From Octopus vulgaris (taxonomy: Eukaryota), in assembly GCA_951406725.2 (NCBI GenBank), contig OX597829.1, forward strand, positions 5,270,001 to 5,334,000: DNA of 64,000 nucleotides, written 5' to 3'. A program made the position numbers and the translations under genes. The notes below the pieces were generated by a model that saw only the letters and a list, made by a program, of their open reading frames with translations, was not told the DNA's origin and did not search any database. Shown here piece after piece: positions 42,124 to 55,100 of this stretch. Each line of letters begins with the position of its first letter. The first letter of the stretch is position 1.

Positions 42124-42167
42124 ACCGTGGAATTTGGACGTTAAATTTGATGATGATGTTTGTACAC

Positions 42168-42359
<192 letters not shown>

Positions 42360-42879
42360 TTACGCGCGCGTGTGCAAGTCGTTACTAAGCCAACGTTTAT
42401 GTCTGAACGTTATAAAAACGTCGTAGTGATAATACGATATAATTTACGCCATACTTGAAGCACATTCAATATTCGGTCACCAAAATTTATCTGATATTGT
42501 TTTGCTTCCATTTTTGTTTTGATACAGGAATTGTGTAGCGTTAAAAATAGCTCAGCTGCCTGCATGACTGCTGTAAGTGAAAGACTGGAAAAGCCTAAAA
42601 GTAAACTGTCAGCCGTTTACGTATTTAACTTGAGCGCATTATTCTGTAAACAACCACTTTGTTTTTATATTAGATGCCTTTTTATAGATACAGATACAAA
42701 GAATAATACGTGTAAATATAAATATGATAATCCATTTTATTACAGGTACGAGGCATGAAAATGGAGGAGGGGGAGGTCTAGTCGATTTCATCGAGCCTCA
42801 ATTTCTCTAATTTATGCGGCAGATGCCCAAGAGTCAGTACATACCGAAGAGACGAGAGAGGACAGTATTGATGGACCAC

Positions 42880-43402
42880 AAGGCGAGCTGGCAGAAATGT
42901 TAGCACGCCAGGCGAAATGCTTAGCGGTATTTCTTTATGTTCTGAGTTCAAATTCTGTCGAGGTCGGCTTTGCCCTTCATCCTTTCGGGGTCGATAAATT
43001 AAGTACCAGTTACGCACTGGGGTCGATGTAATCGACTTAATACCTATGTCTGTCCTTGTTTGTCCCCTCTGTGTTTGGCCCCTTGTGGGTAATAAAGAAA
43101 TAGGTATTTCTTTATGTTCTGAGTTCAAATTCTGTCGAGGTCGGCTTTGCCCTTCATCCTTTCGGGGTCGATAAATTAAGTACCAGTTACGCACTGGGGT
43201 CGATGTAATCGACTTAATACCTATGTCTGTCCTTGTTTGTCCCCTCTGTGTTTGGCCCCTTGTGGGTAATAAAGAAATAGGTATTTCTTTATGTTCTGAG
43301 TTCAAATTCTGTCGAGGTCGGCTTTGCCCTTCATCCTTTCGGGGTCGATAAATTAAGTACCAATTACAAAATTTCGGGCCTTGTGCCTAGAGTTGAAAAG
43401 AA
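42880..43402 (+). mobile_element. SINE family B with 177 bp tandem multimer (2.5 units)
   Basis: Unit starts at 42928, 43105 and 43282. Confidence 0.92.
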
Positions 43403-43404
43403 TA

Positions 43405-45150
43405 TTGATGGCCCGAGCCGCATGATACATAAATGGTTTCAATAAATGACCATTCCTCCTAACCACCGAGCAGATGTTTTGCATCACGTCAATCCAACTG
43501 CGGTAAACTATCCCGAATACAATTACTTTGAAGACAGCTGTCAAGTATTGGTGATCGATTCTATCGAAACCTTTTGATAGATAAGTTAATCAGGGCCCTA
43601 CAATGTCAGTTTCTTTACCCATCCTTTATACGATATATCGCATGATACATCTGTTTGAGATGGCACATGTTTGTTCATCACCAATCAGACTATGGAGGAC
43701 AAGTGCCAACCATCTTAACATCTTGACCAAAATATTACACCCTGCACTTAATAGAGCCATTGGTAGAAGATTATCAATGTAGTCCGTGTTTCCAAGAGGT
43801 CGCTTAACAAGTCTCGCATATGAAGGTAAAGCTCATACTGTAGAACATCAAAACCAAGCAATTTGCCAACCCACTCCAACGCGTAGCTAGCCGTTGCCCC
43901 CCAGTAGTGCCGTAGCTGTTATCGGCTTTTCACAACACTCTACCTTCCTTGCCGGGAGTAAAGACAGGCTGTCGAATTAGGCATCAAAGTCCACTGCTTG
44001 TTGTCTTCTTCAATCCAGCTTCACCACACTTCCCAAACAATTAAGTTAAGGACCGCTGAGAAGATGCATTCAGCTGCTTGGGATCGAGTAACACGCGCTC
44101 ATCCTGGTCCAACAAAGATCGAATTATAGTCACCCGAGCCAATCAAATAGCTTTCGTTCCCTCGTGTGATAGAGGACTCACTTTTCCTCTGACAACGAAA
44201 CCTTTGCGTTTCGTGTTGAGGGCCAATCTCGCTACAAGCACGCTGGTCACCATTCTTTTTCTAAGCGCCTCTTCTAAGATTCTATGTCTCCCTATATTTT
44301 AGTTTTATCTATCGCTACATTTTTACTAAACTTTATTAATTCTACTCTAATCGCTTCATTCTGGAAAACAATTTAATGTTGACGATTGCCTTCCCTAACA
44401 CTTGCTTAACTAATTTGCTAATTCGGTACTTGTCAGTTTGGTGCACCAATTAAACAATCCCTGTCTATAGAGCGTAATTACGTTGACTGTAGAGATCTCA
44501 AATTTTCAGACTGTGTAGCTAACCAATTCAACTATAGACAACCGATGACATTCTGATCCATAGCCTACGGAATACTCTATCAAGATACGATCTGGATTAT
44601 CCGATAAAATTTATTCATATCCACATTATCACATTCAGGAAATCCACTTAGTACCTGTCATCCAGTTAGAAATGTCTGAACAGGTTTTAGACCCTTTTTC
44701 TATCGGATAGTCTCAAACAGTTCTATCATGCATCCAATCCAGTGTCCCAGTCTCCCACTAACATTAAATAGCGAGCGTTCCCATGATATACTCTAGATTT
44801 CTAAAGAAATCAAATCGCCCTGCCCCTGTCAGGTTATTAACGGCTGCTGCAGGTCACATCTAGTACTACCAACATACCATATGGATCCAAGACCTGTCCG
44901 AAGCAACATAACACCTAATTCCAGTCGATTGGGAGAAAATGAGTGTGATGTCAGGTGGCTCAGAAATTCTGGTACGCTAATGGCCACCATATCCATATCT
45001 AGTAACCTGAACCCGTGCAGCAGATGACCATGCTTCTATGGCAATCCCAGGCCACCTGCATTTATGCTGCCTTTTCTAAGTAAGACCATGAAAAGAAAAA
45101 CGCTCTGTCCTTCTGGCTGGTGGGATTTTATATTATTGAATTTTTGTAAA
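43405..45150 (-). mobile_element. Decayed L1/Tx1-clade ORF2 (APE endonuclease to RT)
   Basis: SRSYLDRVF; LHSLIGDEQTCAI; KGFDRIDHQYLTAVFKVIVFG...SWID...SVVRRNGHLLKPF. Confidence 0.75.
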
Positions 45151-45574
45151 TTCTTTTGTTTACGATCTCCCGAAAATATCCCGTTCCTTTGGCGTATTTT
45201 TTTTAGCTTGTAATGAGAAGATATCTAAGGTGATATGCAATGAGACTGTGATTGAAAGATATGTGATTGTATAATAAACTTCTTAACTGTACAACCATAC
45301 TTGCACCCGCTCTGTTATAGTCTTTGTATGTTCGAGTGTGTGGGGGTCGCATGACAGTCTGTATACATAAATTGTGGAAAGCAATATCAGAGGATGAAAA
45401 CTTCTACGTGTTTCAGTTTATTTCTGGTGTAATACTGAAAGCCACCTTCACTTAATCTTCTCTCAGAAAAGGAATCGGTAGATCTGCAAATGCTTCTGGT
45501 AGCCACAATAGAGTGTTGGTTGCCTGTGATAACATCGAGTTTTAATGTTAATGTTTCTATTACACACAAATGTA

Positions 45575-45737
45575 GGCGCAGGAGTGGCTGTGTGGTAAGT
45601 AGCTTGTTTACCAACCACATGGTTGCGGGTTCAGTCCCACTGCGTGGCACCTTGGGTAAGTGTCTTCTACTATAGCCTCGGGCCGACCAAAGCCTTGTGA
45701 GTGGATTTGGTAGGCGGAAACTGAAAGAAGCCCGTCG

Positions 45738-45821
<84 letters not shown>

Positions 45822-46034
45822 TGTGTCTGTGTTTGTCCCCCTAGCATTGCTTGACAACCGATGCTGGTGTGTTTATGTCCCCGTTACTTAGCGGTTCGGC
45901 AAAAGAGACCGATAGAATAAGTACTGGGCTTACAAAAGAATAAGTCCCGGGATCGAGTTGCTCGATTAAAAGGCGGTGCTCCAGCATGGCCGCAGTCAAA
46001 TGACTGAAACCAGTAAAAGAGTAAAAGAGTAAAA
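45575..46034 (+). mobile_element. tRNA-derived SINE family A, full length, with internal (TA)n(TG)n
   Basis: A box tggctgtgtgg, B box ggttcagtccc; tail ggcggtgctccagcatggccgcagtcaaatgactgaaac + (gtaaaaga)n; more than 10 copies in window. Confidence 0.93.
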
Positions 46035-46811
46035 CCATTCAAGACGTTTTTAAACATCAAAACACAGCTCCCTCTATCTCGCTCTGCATTTCCGGTCGTC
46101 ATTATCACAGTTAATAATGGCCTATGCTCCTCTGAACAAGATGCCTTCTACTCAAAGCCACTTATCCCACTGCTCCTATCGCCTTCACAGTGTCTCACAG
46201 ATTCCATCCTTACTCCCAAGAATAGCAGCTCTCAGGAAATCATTCCCTACCTATATTTTCCATAAAGGACCCACCCTACAGATATTCATCCTGAATATCA
46301 ACCACATCAATCATACCAGTGTATGGTGAGCCTCAGAGGTGATGGTCACTACTCCACCTCTTCTCTGAATGACTTACGAAGGAGGAAAAGACGTCTCCAC
46401 TCTCCACACACACACAAAAACCCCCCAAAAAACAAAAAAAAACTAAACCGTGGTCTGATGATATACAAACATCATTAATGCATGTAACAGCAAGTTTACA
46501 TGGCAAATACTTGATTGATAATACAGATCTCGTATATATATAAACATCAAACAACAAAGAAGAAAAAAAAAAGGGAAAACAGACATAAGCTATCTGAAAC
46601 GATCTCCCCCACACACCACACACACACCCACACCCCCACTCCCACCATGCCCTACCCTGCCGATTCTCTCTTCAGTCATGCAAACTGTAGTGAATGCTGA
46701 CTCTGCGTGCTTACACAGTCGGTGTCTGCGTGCATGGCAGCACATTAAAGATTCAATGATAAAACATAGCAGCTTTTACATATACGCAGACATATTCCAG
46801 CTTCTAACTGC

Positions 46812-46878
<67 letters not shown>

Positions 46879-47066
46879 GTGCTGCACATAACTAGTGTGC
46901 CTTTGTGTGTGTATGTACGTGCGTGCGTGCGTATGTGTGTGTGTCTGTGTGTGCGTACGTGCATATACATAGATAATTTAGATATAGATAGATATAATTA
47001 CAGCTAAGATATATATACATACTTATGCATATATATATATATGTGTATATATATATATATATATGT

Positions 47067-47137
<71 letters not shown>

Positions 47138-47245
47138 GTATGCATATATATATATATGTATATCTATATATGTGTATATATATGTATATATATATAGATA
47201 TATGTATGTATATATATATATATATATATATACATTTATATATAC

Positions 47246-47280
<35 letters not shown>

Positions 47281-47834
47281 AACACATACATTTACTTGCA
47301 TACATATACGTCTATATACTTATATACATATTTGTATATATATATATATACATGTATATGTATGCATGCATGTGCAAATATTTGTTAGCCTGTTCACATA
47401 TTACAGTTGTGATATTGTGAATGTCTTAAATATGAGGAGTTACTCGTTGCTCTATCAGTTTCATCTCATAAGGGGAGAAGGGTGAACAGACCCAAAGATT
47501 GCAATACAGAGATACTTTTGTCAGCTCACACCACTGCAGGTTCAAACTCGCAATTACAAATAAATGGACACAAACATGGCTGTGTGGCTAAACATTTCAC
47601 TAGGCAACCACATAGTTAGGATTCAATCTCACCGTAGGGCACCAGCAAGTGTCTTCTGATATACTTATCAGTTAACCAATATCTAGTGAATGAAAAGTAT
47701 GCATATGCGTGAGTGGGCATGTGTGTGTGTGTGTGTGTGTCTATCTGTCTGTGAAGATACACACACACACATATGCATGTGTGTATATGTTTACATGTAT
47801 ATATATATATAAATGTATGTACTGACATAAATAC

Positions 47835-47920
<86 letters not shown>

Positions 47921-48044
47921 GGCACAGGAGTGGCTGTGTGGTAAGTAGCTTGCTAACCAACCACATGGTCCCGGGTTCAGTCCCACTGCGTGGCAAGTGT
48001 CTTCTGCTATGCCTTGTGAGACGGAAACTGAAAGAAGCCTGTCG

Positions 48045-48113
<69 letters not shown>

Positions 48114-48340
48114 GTGTGTGTGTTTGTGTGTCTGTGTTTGTCCCCCTAGCATTGCTTGACAACCGCTGCTTGTGTGTTTACGTCCCCGTAACTTACCGGT
48201 TCGGCAAAAGACACCGATAGAATAAGTACTGGGCTTACAAAGATTAAGTCCTGGGGTCGATTTGCTCGACTAAAGGCGGTGCTCCAGCATGGCTGCAGAC
48301 AAATGACTGAAACAAGTAAAAAGAAAAGAAAAAAGAAAGA
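47921..48340 (+). mobile_element. SINE family A
   Basis: Homologous to 45575-46034. Confidence 0.9.
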
Positions 48341-48383
48341 ATAGGTGAGAAAGTTGGTGTGTGAAAGCACGTGGTTGGATGTA

Positions 48384-48686
48384 TAAAAATAGAAAAGAGT
48401 GAAAAAACCACAGAAGGTTTGTTTTATAAGGTTAAAGAATATATTTAAGTCGTTATGTTAGAAAAATGTTATAAAATTTTGTATATAGTAACATAGTTTT
48501 GGACATAGTTACTATACACAAAATTTTATATAAATGTTATAAAATTTTGTGTATAGTAACTATGTCCAAAAACTATGTTACTATACACAAAATTTTATAA
48601 CATTTTTCTAACATAACGACTTAAATATATTCTTTAACCTTATAAAACAAACCTTCTGTAGTTTTTTCACTCTTTTCTATTTTATA
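48384..48686. repeat. About 300 bp near-perfect palindrome with nested internal palindromes
   Basis: aaaatagaaaagagtgaaaaaacc...; mirrored ...gttttttcactcttttctatttt; centre near 48533. Confidence 0.93.
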
Positions 48687-48911
48687 TATGAATATATATA
48701 TATATACGATATTTTTAAATAAACTTAAGGCTGATGGCGATCACCGTGCAATGTCTAAGAAAAAATAGTCTAATAAAGAGGCATATAAGCCCTGGACAGG
48801 AAAAAGAAGGGTTTCCTATCCGCGAGGGAGTCGAATGGGCCTACCTTTTCCTATCAAGTTTAAAAACCATTCACACCAAAAGTATATATATATATATATA
48901 TATATACTTAC

Positions 48912-49262
48912 CAGTAGCTTGCTAACCAACCACATGGTTCCGGGTTCAGTCCCACTGCGTGGCATCTTGGGCAAGTGTCTTCTGCTATAGCCCCGGGTCG
49001 ACCAATGCCTTGTGAGTGGATTTGGTAGACGGAAACTGAAAGAAGCCCGTCGTATATATATATATGTATATGTGTGTATTGCTTGACAACCGATGCTGGT
49101 GTGTTTACGTCCCCGTCACTTAGCGGTTCGGCAAAAGAGACCGATAGAATAAGTACTGGGCTTAGAAAGAATAAGTCCCGTGGTCGATTTGCTCGACTAA
49201 AGGCGGTGCTCCAGCATGGCCGCAGTCAAATGACTGAAACAAGTAAAAGAGTGTAAAAGAGA
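48912..49262 (+). mobile_element. SINE family A
   Basis: Homologous to 45575-46034. Confidence 0.9.
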
Positions 49263-49741
49263 TATATATAGGTTTAAGCTGACATATATACATATGTATA
49301 TTTCCTTTTCTCTTTTTCTTTTTCTCTTCCTTTCTTTCGTTTTTTTTCTCTCTCCCTATTCGTTACTTGTATAGAGTCCTGCAACTTTACGCCCCCTCCC
49401 CTCCCTCCCTTACGTCTTTAGTTTTCTGTGGCTTATAAGATCGTTACCTTTTTTTTTTCCCCTCCCCCTCTCTGCGTTTTACTCCTAGTCTATATGGATA
49501 CAACAAGTGATTTTTGCATGCGAGCAAGATTGCGTATACATATGTGTACATGCATCTGTGTGTATATTTTCGTTTTGCATTTATATGTCTGTATATGTCT
49601 GTGGTCTGCGCACATCTATCTGTGTATTTTGATGTATATATACATATTAATGGTTTAGTATGAGTATGTACTGTTGTGAAATATTTTAATATATTTTAAT
49701 TTCAATTTTTATGTATTAATTGTATTAATCGAATTATATTT

Positions 49742-50142
49742 GGATCTTTTCGGTTTGAACGGCAGTTTTTTAAAATAATTTCCACGTAACTAAACACTTT
49801 TAAACTTCGTATACTGGTAGAATGTGCTTATAAAACATCTTTTTCTCTTGGCTTTATTGAGAAAATTCTATAGTTTGTAAGATATTTGTTGTTTTTCTTC
49901 TTCAATTTCTGCAATTTCAACCAATCAGTGACGTCTATTGAGGTGAAAACATTCTGTGCCGTATGAATATGTCCCTCGTTTAAGAAATAGATTAGGTTTA
50001 TTTACATTTGTGAAAAAAAAAAGATACCCTTCCCCCTAACCCTAACCCTAAAACAGATTGAAATGCAATAGATCAATACTAGGGTCATAATTATGGGTGA
50101 CAATTTCATATGACACCGCTAGAAAAAACTGCCGTTCAAACC
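49742..50142. mobile_element. MITE-like element with 20 bp inverted repeats and internal (CCCTAA)3
   Basis: ggtttgaacggcagtttttt (49752) / aaaaaactgccgttcaaacc (50123-50142); ccctaaccctaaccctaa at 50034-50051. Confidence 0.8.
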
Positions 50143-50377
50143 TTATATTTTCTACATAATTAATGACAATATGTATTTAAACCAAAGCTTCGATTTAAGG
50201 TTTTTCCTCGATTTTTATAATTTTATATTTTATATTGAACTCATTTATTTATTTTGTTTAATTTTTCTTTATCGCTCGCATACGACCGTTATTCGAAAGG
50301 ACCAATGAAACAAATCCATTTTTAAAGGTGTATCGTTTTTACTAGTCTTGATAGAATTGTCATATCGGTTCTATTTT

Positions 50378-50430
50378 AACAAAACTGTCCGATGAACGGG
50401 AATGTGAAACTCCGAGTAACAGCTTTTGTT
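50378..50430 (+). ncRNA. Type I hammerhead motif (U4C variant)
   Basis: AACAAAACTGT-CCGATGA-ACGggaaTGT-GAAA-CTCCGAG-T-A-ACAGcTTTTGTT; followed by AATAAA and (TA)n. Confidence 0.72.
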
Positions 50431-50467
50431 ATATTTCTGCTGCTTTTAAATAAAGCATATATGTATG

Positions 50468-50503
<36 letters not shown>

Positions 50504-50558
50504 CATATATATATACATACATATATATATATATACATACATATATATATATATATAC

Positions 50559-50627
<69 letters not shown>

Positions 50628-51029
50628 GTATATATATAAGCAATAGTAAATCTCTGAGCGAGGTATAAACAGTAGCTGCACAACATCGTGTAGTATATTT
50701 GCCACTTAAAGTGTCAACAGAAAGTGCGTCGATAGCCAGCTGGAGGAGGTGTCCTTCTGGGGATACAAGCTACAGTAGCATCTACCCTAAAGGGTTAGCC
50801 ACATTTAAAAGGCAAATATACTTCACGATGTCGTGCAGCTACTATGTATACCTCGCTCAGAAATTTAATATTTCTTGTTTACACTTTTTCAAGATCAGTG
50901 ACTTTTCGTCACTGGAAAAAGGATATATGTATTTACATCGGTAAAGCACTTCACATCGACAACCGGTGCTCATCACTTTTTCTTGGTTTTTGAAAGTGAG
51001 GCCGTAGCAGGACCGCCTTGTTAGGCGGT

Positions 51030-52360
51030 ATGGAAAAGACTGAAATGAAGAGCTATGCGAAGGCTGCCGGAGTGCGGGAAACCGTGAACTCACGTGTGAT
51101 GAAACGGGAGACTATGGAGTGGGACGTGAAGAAGGTGAGAAAGTATAGCCGCATGGTGCAGAAAGAAGAAACCAACATCAGACTAATTATGCCAGAAGAC
51201 GAAAAAAGAAAATTTATGAACAAAAGAATATTATTCTGAACTTTCTCTAAGGAAAATAGAAGAGTGGAAAAAGCGCCACAAGAAAAATTGAAGAATTACT
51301 ACTGGAAAATATAAGTGAAGAAATAATCTTCTTCACAAGAGGAAAGGAATATGGGACAATAATAACGATTACATTTGCGACCGAAGAAGACGCAAGATCG
51401 AATGAGGGACAAGTGATAGAAGGAGAAAAATGGTCACTAATACCAAATACTCCAGGGAAAAGACTCGTCAAAATCAGGGTAGGAAGAATCCCACCAATGA
51501 TAGAACCAGAATGGGTGATAGTAGAAATTTTTGGCGATAATTTGCTGAAACGAAATACGAAGTTAGGAGTTCAGATGGTGAGCAGGACTGAAAACTTGAA
51601 TTACTGGGGATATGGCATAGAAGTAGTCTGCGCCGTAACCCCAGAATACTACGAAGAGTTACCCGAAACAGTGGAACTACCAACAGGAGAGAAACTACAA
51701 ATAATATTGCAGGGAAGACCCCCGCCTCAAAATGTTATGAATGTGGCAAGAGAGAGCACCTGAGAAGGAATTGCATTAATACAGTTATGAAAATGGTGGC
51801 ATTGAGTATACTGGAAGAAGTAGTAAGAAAAATGGAAAAAAATAAGGAGAAGGCAACAGAGGCAAAAAGTAGAAAGCGAGAAAGGATGAAATCCCCGATA
51901 ACAGTAGAAATAAAAAGAAGCAAGGGAACGGAAGAAGAAATACAACCTATGACCAAAAAAAAAAAAAAGAAAAGAAAAGAAAGAACTACCAACTGAAGTA
52001 ACAGAGAAGGAGTTGGAATTGCAGAGAAAAAGCAAGAAAACCTAGAATCGCGGAAACCAAATGATAAAAATACACAGAGGGGAAAAACACAGAATTGCAG
52101 TCGGATGAACGCACAGATACGCAAATGCAGGAAGGCATGGACGTAGAAACGAACGAATTCACAGAGTTGAGGAGGGAAATACAGGACCAACAGGAAAATG
52201 GATGGAAAAAGAAACAATGTGGGAAACAAAAATGCGAAGGCAAAACATAGCGAGATAGGATACTAAATGGTATTTGGTTAGTGAAAAGACTGGAACTAAG
52301 ACAAGGAAAGAAAAAGAATTACAGTTTGGACATTACAAACTTTAAAAAAAAGAGAGAAAA
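51030..52360 (+). pseudogene. L1/Tx1-type ORF1 (gag-like, CCHC zinc knuckle, K/E-rich tail) with stops and frameshifts; no ORF2 (HAL1-like)
   Basis: SYAKAA; GKRLVKIRVGRIPP; LQIILQGRPP then, after a frameshift, KCYECGKREHLRRNC (CX2CX4HX4C) at about 51729-51775. Confidence 0.8.
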
Positions 52361-52749
52361 ATAATGTAAATTTGAACCATTAATGAACAGGTTTCCTTAA
52401 GTTTAGGTAAACTGTGATAAACAGTTTTCTTTTGTTTAAAAAAAAATAAGAAAGAACAGTATAAACATTTATTGTAAAAGTTATAATGATAAGGCAGAAA
52501 ACTAAGGAAGAAGTCGTGGTTTCGATTCAGAGTGAAACTAGACGTTATTGAAAACTTTAAGTGTAAAAAGGAATTTATGGTTTCATCTCGCAGCGGGGGC
52601 GATTGATGACCGTCTCATTTGCATTGTTTATACATCATTTCACATATCATCCTTCTTGCGTTTTATGTTTTCGCTTGTCTTTGTATGTCCCTTCTATATT
52701 AAGGCCCTGTGCCTGTAATAAAGAGAAAAAGACAAAAACCGGTGATTGT

Positions 52750-52794
52750 CACACTCTGATGATGGGTCAATACCCAGAAACCCAGGTGCATGTG
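52750..52794 (+). ncRNA. Type I hammerhead motif, paralog of 40303-40347 (cleavage site mutated)
   Basis: cacact-CTGATGA-TGGGTcaatACCCA-GAAA-CCCAGG-T-G-catgtg. Confidence 0.72.
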
Positions 52795-53586
52795 TATCAC
52801 ATCAAGTTGAAGAGAGGAAGGATAGCTTCCTTTTGCAAATACTGTTAGGGCACAGAAAGCCAGCTGGAAGAGGTGTCTTCCTGGGACTACAAGCTACAGT
52901 AGCACCCATCCCTAAGGTTTAGCCACATTTAAATGGCAAATATACTTTACGATATATATATATATATATATATATGTATATTCCCTTTTTCTTTCTCCCT
53001 TTCTCTTGCTCCTCCTCTTCCCTCCCGTCGTTGACCCGCGACGAGAGCTCTGCTACTGTCTTTCTGGCCTGACTTCCTTGAAGTGTGGACGGCATTTTCT
53101 GTTGCTCCTTCGTCGTTCTCAAAAATAGCGTTCATAATACTTTTTCTCGTTCGGCTTAACAGCCCTTCTTGTCTTGTTATTCTCCTTGTCCTGTCTTTTA
53201 CTGTTTATATTCTGTAATGTCGTTACTGTCCTGTTTTGTTACCATTTTTACCCCTCAACAAAAAGATCTCAAATTTTATTTAATTTGCTTTTCGCAGGCA
53301 GGAAAGTTTCTATCGAAGATGCGTATCGCCTTCACCTTCGAAACTCAGAGTAGATGAAACCATGGCGACTGAAGAAGGGGATTTTTCCTTGTGTTATTTG
53401 TCCTGTACTCTATTTTTTTGTTGTTTAAGAAAAATTTCCAGTTCCTTGGTTTTGTGTTTATGTTTTCGTTTCTCATTGTGTTCGACGTTTTTTGGTGTCC
53501 TGTACCCATATATGCGTGTATATATATACATGTAGAGGTAGGTACGTACATATATGTATGTATATATGCATATGTTTTATTTATTA

Positions 53587-53646
<60 letters not shown>

Positions 53647-53692
53647 ATATATTTATATTTGTATATATTAAAGTTAGAAAAGGCTGGTTTAT

Positions 53693-53752
53693 GCGATTAC
53701 CTAGGTTTTACATCCATAGAGGGCTGAGCTTTATGCCATATCATCAGATCCC
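53693..53752 (-). ncRNA. Degenerate type I hammerhead motif
   Basis: GGGAT-CTGATGA-...CATAAAG/CTCTATG...-AAAA-CCTAGG-T-A-ATCGC; G12 lost. Confidence 0.55.
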
Positions 53753-54507
53753 AAAACTTGTTGGCCTAAGGCCTCTCTAGTAAGTGGCCTCTCTAGAATA
53801 TGGAGGAGGCAAGGACCCCGCTACTTTCCTGTTAGAGGAAAGGGACAACAAAAACCAAGGCAGGATGAATGCCTCAAGTCATTTAGAATATTTGATTAGC
53901 TAAGATGAATTTGAAGCAATTAATTAATTATTGGATGTCTAACAGCTAGGTTAACATCTCCATATGCTGGGTATTCCATCATCAGAGACAAAGTGGGCTT
54001 CTATGAAAGTTCCTTACAGGGAATTCACAGTTTATAAAGGAATAAAAATATAGATAGAAGAATACAGAGAGGAGAATAATGCTCACTACTCATATTCTTC
54101 CAGAGGCTATGGCAGTTGGTCCATACGTCCATGAAGTAATAGGTCCTTAACTTTAATTTTAGGTAAATCTAGGCAGAAATAGCCAAGCATGTGGATCATG
54201 ATATTGAATAAGGATACTATAAGCCAGGTATTCCATCATATTTTCTGTTTAAATTAAAAGTTTTTGATTGATTCCAGATGTTTTCCTTTTTATTTTTAAT
54301 TTTAATCTGTGTGTAAACATATGTATTTATTTATGCCTGTACACACACACGCATGCACACACACACACACACATCAGTTATTATTGTTCAGTCTAAGACT
54401 ACAGTGGATGATGCTCAAGGGGCCACACAAAAGGGACTTCAAACCATGTGATTAGGGAGCAAACTCCTTAGTCAAATAATGATTCCTGCACCTAAGCATT
54501 GTACTAC

Positions 54508-54555
<48 letters not shown>

Positions 54556-54672
54556 TATATATACATGATATATATTTATATACATATATATACATTATAT
54601 ATATATATACACATGCATATATGTATATGTTTATATATATGTGTATATATGATATATATATGATATATGTAT

Positions 54673-54846
54673 AGGCACAGGAGTGGCTGTGTGGTAAGTA
54701 GCTTGCTTACCAACCACATGGTTCCGGGTTCAGTCCCACTGCGTGGCACCTTGGGCAAGTGTCTTCTACTATAGCCTGGGGCCGACCAAAGCCTTGTGAG
54801 TGGATTTGGTAGACGGAAACTGAAAGAAGCCCATCGTATATATGTA

Positions 54847-54920
<74 letters not shown>

Positions 54921-55100
54921 TGTGTCTTTGTTTGTCCCCCTAGCATTGCTTGACAACCGATGCTGGTGTGTTTATGTTCCCCGTTACTTAGCTGTTCGGC
55001 AAGAGAGACAGATAGAATAAGTCCTGGGGTCGAGTTGCTCAATAAAAGGCGGTGCCCCAGCATGGCCGCATTCAAATGACTGAAACAAGTAAAAGAGAGA
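54673..55100 (+). mobile_element. SINE family A, full length
   Basis: Homologous to 45575-46034. Confidence 0.92.

Larger units (their letters stand above)
50646..52952 (+). mobile_element. Composite element: inverted plus direct partial terminal repeat, ORF1-only cassette, hammerhead-bearing terminal repeat; embedded in (TA)n
   Basis: Inverted piece 50646-50713, direct repeat 50718-50861, ORF1 51030-52360, repeat 52745-52952. Confidence 0.6.

Noticed and set aside
45575-45650. tRNA genes at SINE heads (also 19581, 60570-60644)
   Set aside because: A/B boxes are present but there is no complete cloverleaf, and each continues into a SINE body.
50034-50051. Telomere
   Set aside because: Only three hexamers, internal to a repeat element.
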